NCBI GenBank assembly: GCA_965243025.1
Contig: CBDETY010000003.1
Location: 4,704,001-4,768,000, forward strand
From: Candidatus Latescibacterota bacterium
Lineage (GTDB): Bacteria; Latescibacterota; UBA2968; UBA8231
Direction of reading: 5' to 3'
DNA: 64,000 nt
The notes under the pieces were generated by a model. It saw only the letters and a program-made list of their open reading frames with translations, was not told the DNA's origin and did not search any database. Below are positions 1-7,761 of the stretch, in pieces. Position numbers and translations under genes: made by a program. Position 1 is the first letter of the stretch; each line of letters begins with the position of its first letter.

Positions 1-34
1 TCTTCTGAAGGCCCTGTAGCCCTGCCGCCCGGAC

Positions 35-1177
35 TCATCCCCCTCCCGGGCTCCGCCGCAGGAAATCCACCGCGCGCGGTATGGCATCTCTCAACGCGAA
101 GATGTGGTGACCGCCTCCCTCGTAGATGAACGCCTCGAATTCGGGGGGTTCACGCTCCAGCGCTTCCATGGCCCGGATCAGGGAACGGGCCTGGCTTACG
201 GAGACGGTTTCGTCCCTGTCGCCGTGGTGGAGCTGAACTGCGGGCAGGTCCCCGGCGAACAGGACCGGGGAGCGGCGCACCAGCTCGAGGCGGACTTCCG
301 CGAGGCCGATTTCACCTCTCATGTAGGGCTGGATGAAGGTCGAATCGATGTGGGCGACCCCGGTCAGGTCGCGCGGAAAGCCCATGGCCGCTTCCCGCGC
401 AATCTCCCGGACCCAGTCGTCGAAGAAGTCGGTGGGTCCGAAGAAGGCCACGATTTTCTCGATGCGCTCGTCGCGGATCCCGGCCAGCATGGCGACCCCT
501 GCTCCCCGGCTGCCGCCGACGATGCTCAGGCCTTCGATACTCGCCTGCGGCGTCAACTCCAATGCGACGTTGAGGAGCGCCAGGGCGTCGTCCACGTCGT
601 AGTCCCAGTGACCGCCGGGCCCCGTCGAAACCCACTCCCGGTCCTCGTACTCCAGCGGTTCGCTGCGAAAGGACGGGACCACGTAGACGAAACTGCCGCG
701 CCGTTCGCCCAGGGCGAAAACCACGAGGTCGATGTCATCCACCTCGACGCCGCCGTCGCCCCCGTGCAGGTACATCAGGATGGGCAAGCTGCCAGCAGCC
801 GCGGAGTCGGGGGCGAGGATCGCTCCGTAGTGGAGTACCTCCCCCACCCTGTGGGATACGACGCGCAGGGTCGCGGGGATCCCGTCCAGCGGATACGACC
901 CGGTGTGTTCGACGGCCGCCCCGGCCGCCGAAATGTCGCGCCGGGCCCAGTCGGCGCGGACGGCCTCCACCTCGGCGGGGGTCGCAGGCGCGAAGAGGTC
1001 GTCGAGCCTGGTCTCCAGGATCGGATCGGCAACGGGCTCCCCCGGATCGACGGACTGATCGCATCCCCCCAGCAGCCCAGGCAGGAGCACCGCCAGCAGT
1101 CGAAGGCGACGCCGCGAGCCGGGATGGGTCGGCCCCCCGGCCAGCGCATGAGCCCTGTGGCCTCGCCTGGGAACCAT
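35..1177 (-). CDS. Alpha/beta-hydrolase (prolyl oligopeptidase-like, S9) lipoprotein
   Basis: Lipobox LLGGC after a hydrophobic stretch; YLHGG, nucleophile GGSRGA, HHGDRDETV and GGGHH motifs. ATG at 1177 chosen because the longer ORF start reads through the ino1 duplicate. Confidence 0.8.
   Translation of the reverse strand: MVPRRGHRAHALAGGPTHPGSRRRLRLLAVLLPGLLGGCDQSVDPGEPVADPILETRLDDLFAPATPAEVEAVRADWARRDISAAGAAVEHTGSYPLDGIPATLRVVSHRVGEVLHYGAILAPDSAAAGSLPILMYLHGGDGGVEVDDIDLVVFALGERRGSFVYVVPSFRSEPLEYEDREWVSTGPGGHWDYDVDDALALLNVALELTPQASIEGLSIVGGSRGAGVAMLAGIRDERIEKIVAFFGPTDFFDDWVREIAREAAMGFPRDLTGVAHIDSTFIQPYMRGEIGLAEVRLELVRRSPVLFAGDLPAVQLHHGDRDETVSVSQARSLIRAMEALEREPPEFEAFIYEGGGHHIFALRDAIPRAVDFLRRSPGGG
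1101..1133 (-). repeat. 33-bp fragment of the MITE-like element at 60122-60287
   Basis: Reverse complement gccgacccatcccggctcgcggcgtcgccttcg matches 60158-60190 at 30/33 positions. Confidence 0.7.
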
Positions 1178-1218
1178 CGCCCCGACCGGTCCGTCCCCGG
1201 CCCCCCGGTCCCGCCGGT

Positions 1219-1285
1219 TCAGTCGTAGTACTCGTGGCCGAGGTGGGTGATCAGGTCCTCGCCCTGCAGGTAGCGCAGCGTGTTC
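1219..1285 (-). repeat. 67-bp direct repeat: displaced copy of the ino1 3' end (att-like)
   Basis: Identical to 2107-2173; encodes NTLRYLQGEDLITHLGHEYYD-stop; flanking bases differ on both sides. Confidence 0.95.
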
Positions 1286-1345
1286 GGCGAGTGAGGGCAC
1301 GCGGAATTGCGCCTCCCTGTGCAGACGCGGACAGGCGCCCCGGCA

Positions 1346-1597
1346 CTATCCCTCCGGTTCGTCTTCCGGCAGCGGGGGCTCGTCGGGGGCGGCGTCCAGG
1401 AACGGGAGCATGTCCCCGGGCTCGGCATCTCCAGCGCGCTGCTGGAGGAACTCGGAGGCGGTCTCGACAGCTCCGATCTTCTGCGCTACAGCCGCGGAGA
1501 TCCACTGGTTGAGGGAGACGCCGTCCTTTTTGGCAAGCCGCTGGGCCGCGGATTTCACCGAGGCGGGCAGTTTGAGCGGGTATGCGGATTTGCTCAT
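1346..1597 (-). CDS. HicB-like/RHH antitoxin
   Basis: MSKSAYPLKLPASVKSAAQRLAKKDGVSLNQWISAAVAQK; ATGA overlap with the PIN gene; acidic Pro-rich tail. Confidence 0.85.
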   Translation of the reverse strand: MSKSAYPLKLPASVKSAAQRLAKKDGVSLNQWISAAVAQKIGAVETASEFLQQRAGDAEPGDMLPFLDAAPDEPPLPEDEPEG

Positions 1598-2019
1598 CCT
1601 TCGACCTCCTCCAGCAACCGGCCCGGGGTGAGGGTTCGCAAACCGAAGCGCCGGGCGGCAGGGGCAAGGTGCCTGAGGTTGTGGGTTACCAGTGCGTCCG
1701 CCTGTCCGTTGATTGCGGCTTCGAGAACCATCTCGTCGCCCGGATCCTTCAACTGCGGCCGCCAACGAAACCGCGCCTCCACTGGCTGACAGGAACTGGC
1801 GAAGGCGCTGAGAAACCTGCGGATCCCGCCCGGATCGAGCCCGTGAGCCAGCCGCTGCTCCGGCCTGCTCAGAACCTCCTCGTACTCGAGAAACAGAGCG
1901 ACGGTCACCAGCGGAATCAACTGCTGCCTGGCGACAAGGCGAAGCACCTCGTTGCTTGCCCCGGTCCTGCTCCTCAGGGCGGCTACGACCACCGAGGTGT
2001 CCAGCACGACGCGGAGCAT
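1594..2019 (-). CDS. PIN-domain (VapC-like) toxin
   Basis: VVLDTSVVVAAL, EYEEVL, DPGDEMVLEAA and LVTHNLRHL motifs. Confidence 0.9.
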   Translation of the reverse strand: MLRVVLDTSVVVAALRSRTGASNEVLRLVARQQLIPLVTVALFLEYEEVLSRPEQRLAHGLDPGGIRRFLSAFASSCQPVEARFRWRPQLKDPGDEMVLEAAINGQADALVTHNLRHLAPAARRFGLRTLTPGRLLEEVEG

Positions 2020-2024
2020 GTCTT

Positions 2025-2054
2025 ATAGGATATCACATCTCATAGGATGTGCAA
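2025..2054 (-). promoter_or_regulatory. Sigma70-like promoter of the TA operon with a putative autoregulatory repeat
   Basis: TTGCAC-16 nt-TATCCT-7 nt-ATG; ATCCTAT occurs twice, 17 bp apart, overlapping the promoter. Confidence 0.6.
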
Positions 2055-2106
2055 CCCGGGAGGTGTCTTCCCCGTTCCTTCCTGACCGGCAGCACCTCGG
2101 TTCCCG

Positions 2107-2173
2107 TCAGTCGTAGTACTCGTGGCCGAGGTGGGTGATCAGGTCCTCGCCCTGCAGGTAGCGCAGCGTGTTC
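2107..2173 (-). repeat. 67-bp direct repeat (copy inside ino1)
   Basis: Identical to 1219-1285. Confidence 0.95.
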
Positions 2174-3420
2174 TTCAGCTTCATCAGCTGAATGAACAGA
2201 TCGTGCTCCGGGTACAGCCCCGGGGCCGTCTGCGGGCTCTTGAAATAGAACGACAGCCACTCCTGGACGCCGTGCATCCCGGCGCGCTGGGCGAGGTCGG
2301 CGAAGAGCACGAGATCGAGCACCAGCGGCGCCGCCAGGATGCTGTCGCGGCAGAGCAGGTCGACCTTGATCTGCATCGGGTACCCGAGCCAGCCGAAGAT
2401 GTCGATGTTGTCCCAGCCCTCCTTCTCGTCGCCGCGCGGCGGGTAGTAGTTGATGCGCACCTTGTGGTACAGCTCGCCGTAGAGCGACGGGTACAGGTGC
2501 GGCTGCAGGATGTAGTCGAGGACCCCGAGCTTCGACTCCTCCTTGGTCTTGAAGGAGTCCGGGTCGTCGAGCACCTCGCCGTCCCGGTTGCCGAGGATGT
2601 TGGTGGAGAACCAGCCGCGCACCCCCAGCATCCGCGCCTTGAGGCCGGGGGCCAGCAGCGTCTTCATCAGGGTCTGTCCGGTCTTGAAGTCCTTGCCGGC
2701 GACCGGCACCCGGTTGGCCTTCGCCAGCTCGACCATCGCCGGGATGTCGACGGTGAGGTTGGGCGCTCCGTTGAGGTAGGGCACCCCCTCGCTGAGCGCC
2801 GCGTACGCGTAGATCATGCTCGGGGCGATCGACGGGTCGTTCTCGCGCAGCCCCTTCTCGAACGCCTCGACGCTGGCGTGCGCCCTGCCCCCTTCGAGGA
2901 AGACCTCGGTGCTGCCGCACCAGATCATCACCGCCCGTTCGAGGCCGTTGGCGCTCTTGAAGCGCTGGATGTCCTCGCGCGTCTGCTGGGCCATGTCCCA
3001 CTTGTTCTTCCCCTGCTTCACGTGCGAGCCCTCGAGCCGCTTGACGTAATCGCGGTCGAAAACCGCCTTCATCGGGGTGACCGCCGCCAGCGGATCCTTC
3101 AGCTGGTCGAGTGTCTTCTGCTCGATCACCCCGGCGTGGGTCGCCGCCTCCCAGGCGTCGTCGGGGAAGACGTCCCAGCCGCCGAATACGAGATCCTCCA
3201 GGGCGGCCAGGGGTACGAACTCCCTGATGAGAGGGGAGCGGTCCTCGGTGCGCCTGCCGAGGCGGATGGCGCCCATCTGGGACAGCGATCCGACCGGTTC
3301 GCCGAGGCCGGCCTTGATCGCCTCGACCCCGGCTATGAAGGTGGTGGCGACGGCCCCCATTCCCGGGATGAGCACGCCGAGTTTCCCGTCCGGGGGAGCG
3401 ATGGTTTCCGGTTTGTTCAT
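2107..3420 (-). CDS. ino1: myo-Inositol-1(3)-phosphate synthase
   Basis: GMGAVATT, VFGGWD, YLNGAP, GKDFKTGQT, NILGNRDG and CRDSILAAPLVLDL motifs. Confidence 0.93.
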   Translation of the reverse strand: MNKPETIAPPDGKLGVLIPGMGAVATTFIAGVEAIKAGLGEPVGSLSQMGAIRLGRRTEDRSPLIREFVPLAALEDLVFGGWDVFPDDAWEAATHAGVIEQKTLDQLKDPLAAVTPMKAVFDRDYVKRLEGSHVKQGKNKWDMAQQTREDIQRFKSANGLERAVMIWCGSTEVFLEGGRAHASVEAFEKGLRENDPSIAPSMIYAYAALSEGVPYLNGAPNLTVDIPAMVELAKANRVPVAGKDFKTGQTLMKTLLAPGLKARMLGVRGWFSTNILGNRDGEVLDDPDSFKTKEESKLGVLDYILQPHLYPSLYGELYHKVRINYYPPRGDEKEGWDNIDIFGWLGYPMQIKVDLLCRDSILAAPLVLDLVLFADLAQRAGMHGVQEWLSFYFKSPQTAPGLYPEHDLFIQLMKLKNTLRYLQGEDLITHLGHEYYD

Positions 3421-3482
3421 TCGTTCGATTCCTCCTGGGTTCGTTGGCGGTTCGAAGCTACGGAACGGCTGCCATAAGACAA

Positions 3483-3522
3483 ATCGATAATGACTATATT
3501 ATCGATAGATATTCTCTATAAT
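3483..3522. promoter_or_regulatory. LysR-type operator in the divergent promoter region
   Basis: Palindrome ATCGATAAT-N6-ATTATCGAT (3483-3506), ATAG-N7-CTAT T-N11-A box (3505-3519), TATAAT at 3517-3522; AT-rich patch in a GC-rich genome. Confidence 0.7.
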
Positions 3523-3536
3523 TATCCGGCACCATC

Positions 3537-4469
3537 ATGAACCTCCACCACCTCCGCTATTTCCTGGCGGTCGCCAGGACAAGCGGTTTCACCCGGGCGG
3601 CCAGGGACCTCCGCGTCACCCAGCCGACCGTCAGCAGCGGGATCGCCGAGTTGGAACGACTCCTCGGGACGCGGTTGTTCGACCGCGCGGGGCGTCGAGT
3701 CGATCTCACCCTGGAGGGCCGGGCCCTGCTGACCTACGCCCTTCAGATAGAAGACCTCGTCGACGAAGCGGTGGAGCGGGTGCGCAAGGGGGACGCCCTC
3801 GCGGAGCAGGGGTTCCGCTTCGGCGCCATCGACGCGGCCGTCATCTACCTGCTGCCCGAGGTCCTGCAGTCCTACAGGGAGTCCCACCCCCGGGTCGAGC
3901 TGACCACGCAGGTCGCCTCGTCGCGCTACCTCGTCGAGGACCTGCTGATGAACCGCTCGGAGTTCGCCGTCATCACCCTGCCGTTCGAGCACCCGCGCAT
4001 TGCGACGCTCTCCCTCGTCCGGGACGAGATGCCGCTCGTCGCCGGCGCCGGCCACCGGCTTGCCGGACGCGCCGCGGTTGCCGCCGAAGTCGCCGCCGAA
4101 CCGCTGATCCTGTTCCACTCCGAGTCGGTGTCGCGCCGGATCGTCGACGAGCGCTTCGCCGAACTGGGGATCGCGCCGCGGGTCGCCATGGAGATGCGCT
4201 CCCCCGAAGCGATGCGCATGCTCGTCGAGTCCGGCATGGGGATCTCGTTCCTGCCGCGCATGACCGCGGCGGAGTCGCTGGCGGCCGGGACCCTGTGCCT
4301 GGTGCCGGCCCCGGAGCTGCGCTTCGAGCGCGAGATCGGCCTGGCGTGGAGAAAGGGGCGTTACTTCGGCCCGGCGATCCGCGGTCTCATCGACGCCGTC
4401 GCCGACCGCTTCGGCAAGCTCGAACTGCTGCGGGAGGGCCTGGTCTCAACCGACGCAGGAGGAAGCTGA
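3537..4469 (+). CDS. LysR family transcriptional regulator
   Basis: LRYFLAVA..GFTRAARDLRVTQPTVSSGIAELE..LFDR HTH plus substrate-binding domain. Confidence 0.95.
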   Translation: MNLHHLRYFLAVARTSGFTRAARDLRVTQPTVSSGIAELERLLGTRLFDRAGRRVDLTLEGRALLTYALQIEDLVDEAVERVRKGDALAEQGFRFGAIDAAVIYLLPEVLQSYRESHPRVELTTQVASSRYLVEDLLMNRSEFAVITLPFEHPRIATLSLVRDEMPLVAGAGHRLAGRAAVAAEVAAEPLILFHSESVSRRIVDERFAELGIAPRVAMEMRSPEAMRMLVESGMGISFLPRMTAAESLAAGTLCLVPAPELRFEREIGLAWRKGRYFGPAIRGLIDAVADRFGKLELLREGLVSTDAGGS

Positions 4470-4482
4470 GCGGGTGGGCGGG

Positions 4483-4570
4483 TCAATCGACGGCCAGCCG
4501 GATCCGAGGGACCAGCAGCGCGGAGGAGCAGGTGGTGCGGCGCCACAACCGACGGGAGACGAATCCCTGC
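4483..4570 (-). pseudogene. Probable third, more decayed 3'-end remnant of the DUF309-like gene
   Basis: Reads QGFVSRRLWRR..VPRIRLAVD-stop versus EGFAAAWRE..IPPIRLDLGG-stop; core tcaa.cg.cgg..agccgga.c.gagggac is shared with the copy at 4603. Confidence 0.45.
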
Positions 4571-4602
4571 CCCGACCTGCGCCGCCATTTCCGGTACGGG
4601 TA

Positions 4603-4818
4603 TCAACCGCCGGCGTCGAGCCGGACCGGAGGGACGCCGGCTTCGCCGCGAGAATCCCCCCCAAAGCTCGCCCCACGAAGGGCGAACGGCTCGATATCCA
4701 GGCTCCACGAAGCAAGTCACGCATCGTCCCGACACTTTTCTCCAGCCCTTCCCCCGAAAGAACGCGGAGGCCTCGCTCGCCGCCCCTGATGACCGGGATC
4801 GCCGCGACTGCAGTGTGG
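4603..4818 (-). pseudogene. Diverged, frameshifted copy of the last ~70 codons of the DUF309-like gene
   Basis: Aligns by eye with 4832-5057; segments ERGLRVLSGEGLEK, GRCVTCF, LDIEPFA, VPPVRLDAGG-stop match ERGFRLLSGNGLEK, GRCGRCF, LDIEGFA, IPPIRLDLGG-stop, spread over different frames. Confidence 0.85.
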
Positions 4819-4831
4819 GGCCCGGGGTGGA

Positions 4832-5362
4832 TCAACCGCCGAGGTCGAGCCGGATCGGCGGAATGGCGGCGGCCCCGGATACCCCGCCGCCGCGAAACTC
4901 CCGCCAGGCAGCGGCGAAGCCCTCGATATCCAGCCCCATGAAGCATCTCCCGCACCGTCCCGCCGCTTCCTCCAGCTTCTCCAGGCCGTTCCCGGAGAGA
5001 AGCCGGAATCCGCGCTCGTTTCCCTGGTGCTGCTTGATCGCCGCCGCGGCGAGCTGGATCAGCCCCTGCAGGAACAGCCCCTCGGCGGTCCGCGGCCCGG
5101 CGCGCTGCCACTTCGGCTCCCACTGCTCGTGCGCTTCCCACCAGAAGCCGTGGTTGTAGAGGTCGACCCCGAGCAGGTACGCCTTGTCGTCGCGCCAGCC
5201 GGCGCTTTCAGAGACGGTCTCCTCGAAGGGGTCGCCGAAGCGGTGACCCTGCGGATGCCTGTGCGGGTGGGGGGTTTCGCCGGGCAGGTGGCGGTAGCTC
5301 GGAAAGGGGACCTCGGGAACGTAGCGGACGACGCCGGCAGGAGAGGGCTTTTGCTCAGCCAC
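4832..5362 (-). CDS. DUF309 domain protein
   Basis: GVDLYNHGFWWEAHEQWEPKW and LQGLIQLAAA motifs; GTG start with GGGAAG upstream. Confidence 0.8.
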   Translation of the reverse strand: MAEQKPSPAGVVRYVPEVPFPSYRHLPGETPHPHRHPQGHRFGDPFEETVSESAGWRDDKAYLLGVDLYNHGFWWEAHEQWEPKWQRAGPRTAEGLFLQGLIQLAAAAIKQHQGNERGFRLLSGNGLEKLEEAAGRCGRCFMGLDIEGFAAAWREFRGGGVSGAAAIPPIRLDLGG

Positions 5363-5378
5363 GGCTTCCCGTAGGAGG

Positions 5379-6413
5379 TCAGACCGCGACCGCAGAAACC
5401 GCCGGCCCGGACACACCCTCCGTCTCCGGCAGGGCGCCGGCCAGCTCTTCGAGGCGGTCCTCGACGGCGGCGGCCTCCCGGTACTGCGACAGCTCGGCGC
5501 GCAGGCGGGCGGCCTGGCGCAGGCCGCGGAAGTAGCCGCTGTAGTGGCGGCGCAGGGAGATCACCGCCTGGCGCTCGCCGCGCTCCCTGACGGCGAGGCG
5601 CAGGTGCTCGAGACAGACCTCGCTGCGCTCGCGCGCCGACGGGGCGGGCAGATGACTGCCGGTGGCGAGGAAGTGCCGCGACTCGCGGAACACCCAGGGG
5701 TGGCGGATGGCGCCGCGGCCGATCATCACCGCGTCGCACCCGGTGTCGGCGAACGCGGCGGCGACCTCCTCGGCCCGCGTCAGGTCCCCGTTGAGGATGA
5801 CGGGTATGGAGACCGCCTCCTTGATCATGGGGATGTAGCGGTAATCGACCTCCCCCTTGTGGCCCTGGGCCCGGGTGCGGCAGTGCACGGCGAGGGCCCG
5901 CACCCCGATCCCCTCGAGCATGCGCGCCACCTCGACGATGCGGATCGAGCCGGCGTCCCAGCCGAGCCGCGTCTTCACCGTGACCGGCAGATGGGTCGCC
6001 GACTGCACCCGCGACACCACCTCCCTCATGCGCGGCAGGTCGCGCAGCAGGCCGGCGCCGGCGCCGCGCAGGGCGACGTTGCTGACCCAGCAGCCGCAGT
6101 TGATGTCGATGAGATCGGGCCCGGCGGAGGTGGCGATTTCGGCGGCCCTCTCCATCGACAGCTCCGAGGCGCCGTAGATCTGGATGCCGAACGGCCGCTC
6201 CTCCGGGAGGAACTTCAGCTTGTCGTGGGTGCGCCGCCGGCCGCTCTCCAGCTCGCGCACCAGCCCCTCGGCGTTGACGAACTCGGTGTAGACGATGTCG
6301 GCCCCGAGGCGCCGGCAGATGACGCGGAACGGCAGGTCGGAGACGTCCTCCATCGGCGCCAGCAGCAGCCCCGGGGAAACGCGGACCGCGCCGATGGTCA
6401 GGGAGGGGGCCAT
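5379..6413 (-). CDS. dusB: tRNA-dihydrouridine synthase B
   Basis: LAPMEDVSD, DINCGC, VTVKTRLGWD, VHCRT and VMIGRGA motifs. Confidence 0.9.
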   Translation of the reverse strand: MAPSLTIGAVRVSPGLLLAPMEDVSDLPFRVICRRLGADIVYTEFVNAEGLVRELESGRRRTHDKLKFLPEERPFGIQIYGASELSMERAAEIATSAGPDLIDINCGCWVSNVALRGAGAGLLRDLPRMREVVSRVQSATHLPVTVKTRLGWDAGSIRIVEVARMLEGIGVRALAVHCRTRAQGHKGEVDYRYIPMIKEAVSIPVILNGDLTRAEEVAAAFADTGCDAVMIGRGAIRHPWVFRESRHFLATGSHLPAPSARERSEVCLEHLRLAVRERGERQAVISLRRHYSGYFRGLRQAARLRAELSQYREAAAVEDRLEELAGALPETEGVSGPAVSAVAV

Positions 6414-6429
6414 CGAAACTCCGGCGCCG

Positions 6430-6735
6430 TCAGCGGCCCCCGGCCCTGGCCTGCTTCATGATGCGCACCTCGCGCCGCCGTATGGTGGCGCGGATGGCGT
6501 CGACGATCTTCATCCACTCGGGGGAGCTGTAGTACGTCTCTATCGCCTTGTCGCGCGCCTTGTGGTTCGCGAACGAGCGCATCCAGACGAACTCGTCCTC
6601 GCGGTCCTCGTTCTCCCAGGCGTCGACGAAGGTGACCCCGTACTTCTCCATGAACTTCCGCGCCTTCCGGAACTCGCGCAGGAAATCCTTCTTCGTTCCC
6701 GGGTGCAGTCGGTAGATCCTCAGCTCGTAAATCAC
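6430..6735 (-). CDS. NIPSNAP family protein
   Basis: IYELRIYRLHPG..FVWMRSF..YYSSPEW; GTGA overlap with the upstream gene. Confidence 0.85.
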   Translation of the reverse strand: MIYELRIYRLHPGTKKDFLREFRKARKFMEKYGVTFVDAWENEDREDEFVWMRSFANHKARDKAIETYYSSPEWMKIVDAIRATIRRREVRIMKQARAGGR

Positions 6736-7322
6736 GGCTTTTCTCCTTTCGGTCCGGTCCGGTAGATGTTCCGCTCCGTCAGCACGATGCCGACGGGGGT
6801 GTCGTGCGCTTCGGCCGGCACGGCGCCGACGACGAACTCTTCGTAGACCAGCGCCACGGCGGGAACCCGCAGCGCCCGCAGCATGCGGTCGTAATGGCCG
6901 CCCCCCATGCCGAGGCGGTTGCCCTCGCGGTCGCAGGCGACCGCGGGCACGAGGACGGCGTCGACCGGCGGCAGCGCCGAGCCGGCCGCGGGCTGCAGGA
7001 TGCCGAGCGGTCCGCGCCTCAGCTCGTCGAGGCTGCCGATCCCGGCGTGCAGCAGCGGCCGTCCGGGCTTGCCGACCACCGGGACCACGATCCGCTTCCC
7101 CAGGTCGAGGAGGGCGGCGATTATCCCGCGGGTCGCCACCTCGTTCGGCAGGCTGTCGACGTACGTGTGGACGGCAGCGGCAGCGGCCACTTCCTCGAGG
7201 TCGAGGGCGCGGGCGGCGATCGCCCTGCTGAGGCCCGAGGCCCGCTCCACACTCATCGAGCGGCGCCTTTGCAGGCACTCGGCCCGCATCCGGGCCTTGG
7301 CGATTTTGGCGCCTGCCGTCAT
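6732..7322 (-). CDS. ygfA: 5-formyltetrahydrofolate cyclo-ligase
   Basis: NEVAT, GILQP and VLVPAVACDREGNRLGMGGGHYDR motifs. Confidence 0.93.
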   Translation of the reverse strand: MTAGAKIAKARMRAECLQRRRSMSVERASGLSRAIAARALDLEEVAAAAAVHTYVDSLPNEVATRGIIAALLDLGKRIVVPVVGKPGRPLLHAGIGSLDELRRGPLGILQPAAGSALPPVDAVLVPAVACDREGNRLGMGGGHYDRMLRALRVPAVALVYEEFVVGAVPAEAHDTPVGIVLTERNIYRTGPKGEKP

Positions 7323-7329
7323 CGCCGGT

Positions 7330-7358
7330 ACAATCCCTCCGGGCTATTCGAGTGTCAA
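7330..7358 (-). promoter_or_regulatory. Sigma70-like promoter, probably leaderless transcript
   Basis: TTGACA-17 nt-GATTGT-7 nt-ATG. Confidence 0.6.
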
Positions 7359-7650
7359 GGCAGCTGCCAGGTCCGGCAGGCCGCTCTCCGCCCGCATCCG
7401 GCAGCCGGGCAACCCGGTTACCGTTCCGCTGTTTCCGCGGTTCGGGAACAACAATGCAGGGTACTGGGTCGTCAGTGCTGACAGCCGCGTTTACAGCCGC
7501 CGATATGGTCGCTCTGCGGCAGCCGGGTCATGGCGGTCGAGGAAATGGTTCGCGACCGGGCCGAATCGCATGAGATTCGGGGAGGAAGCCCAACATACGG
7601 CCCGCCAGGGCCCGCCGTCAGCCTGGATGGATTTTCAAAGGGCGGTGTAA

Positions 7651-7679
7651 TTGCGAGTCGGAACCGCAGCCGGTAGATT
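7651..7679 (+). promoter_or_regulatory. Sigma70-like promoter of uppS
   Basis: TTGCGA-17 nt-TAGATT. Confidence 0.5.
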
Positions 7680-7761
7680 GGATTCTTCAGCCCCGCCCGC
7701 CGGTCTCGCCACGGTCCAGCGTTTTCGCCACCCACTCACCGATTCCCGCAATCCACATCCA

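Larger units (their letters stand above)
1286..2106 (-). mobile_element. Integrase-free toxin-antitoxin islet inserted at the ino1 3' end
   Basis: Contains only a TA operon and its promoter, between two exact 67-bp direct repeats 888 bp apart. Confidence 0.7.

Noticed and set aside
1178-1428. ORF 1219-1428 and the N-terminal extension of ORF 35-1300
   Set aside because: Artefacts of reading through the 67-bp ino1 duplicate.
4483-5057. Diversity-generating retroelement TR/VR pair
   Set aside because: Differences are not adenine-specific, indels are present, and no reverse transcriptase is in the window.
4446-5141. Long overlapping ORFs across the LysR-DUF309 gap
   Set aside because: Arg/Pro/Gly-rich shadow frames; the real signal is the frameshifted DUF309 remnant.
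5379-6413. Island integrated in dusB (or in comM at 60616-62142), both known hotspots
   Set aside because: Both genes are intact with no adjacent integrase.
7359-7650. 6S RNA (ssrS) expected upstream of ygfA
   Set aside because: No long closing stem with central bubble recognisable by eye, and ygfA has its own adjacent promoter; an Rfam scan is needed to exclude it fully.
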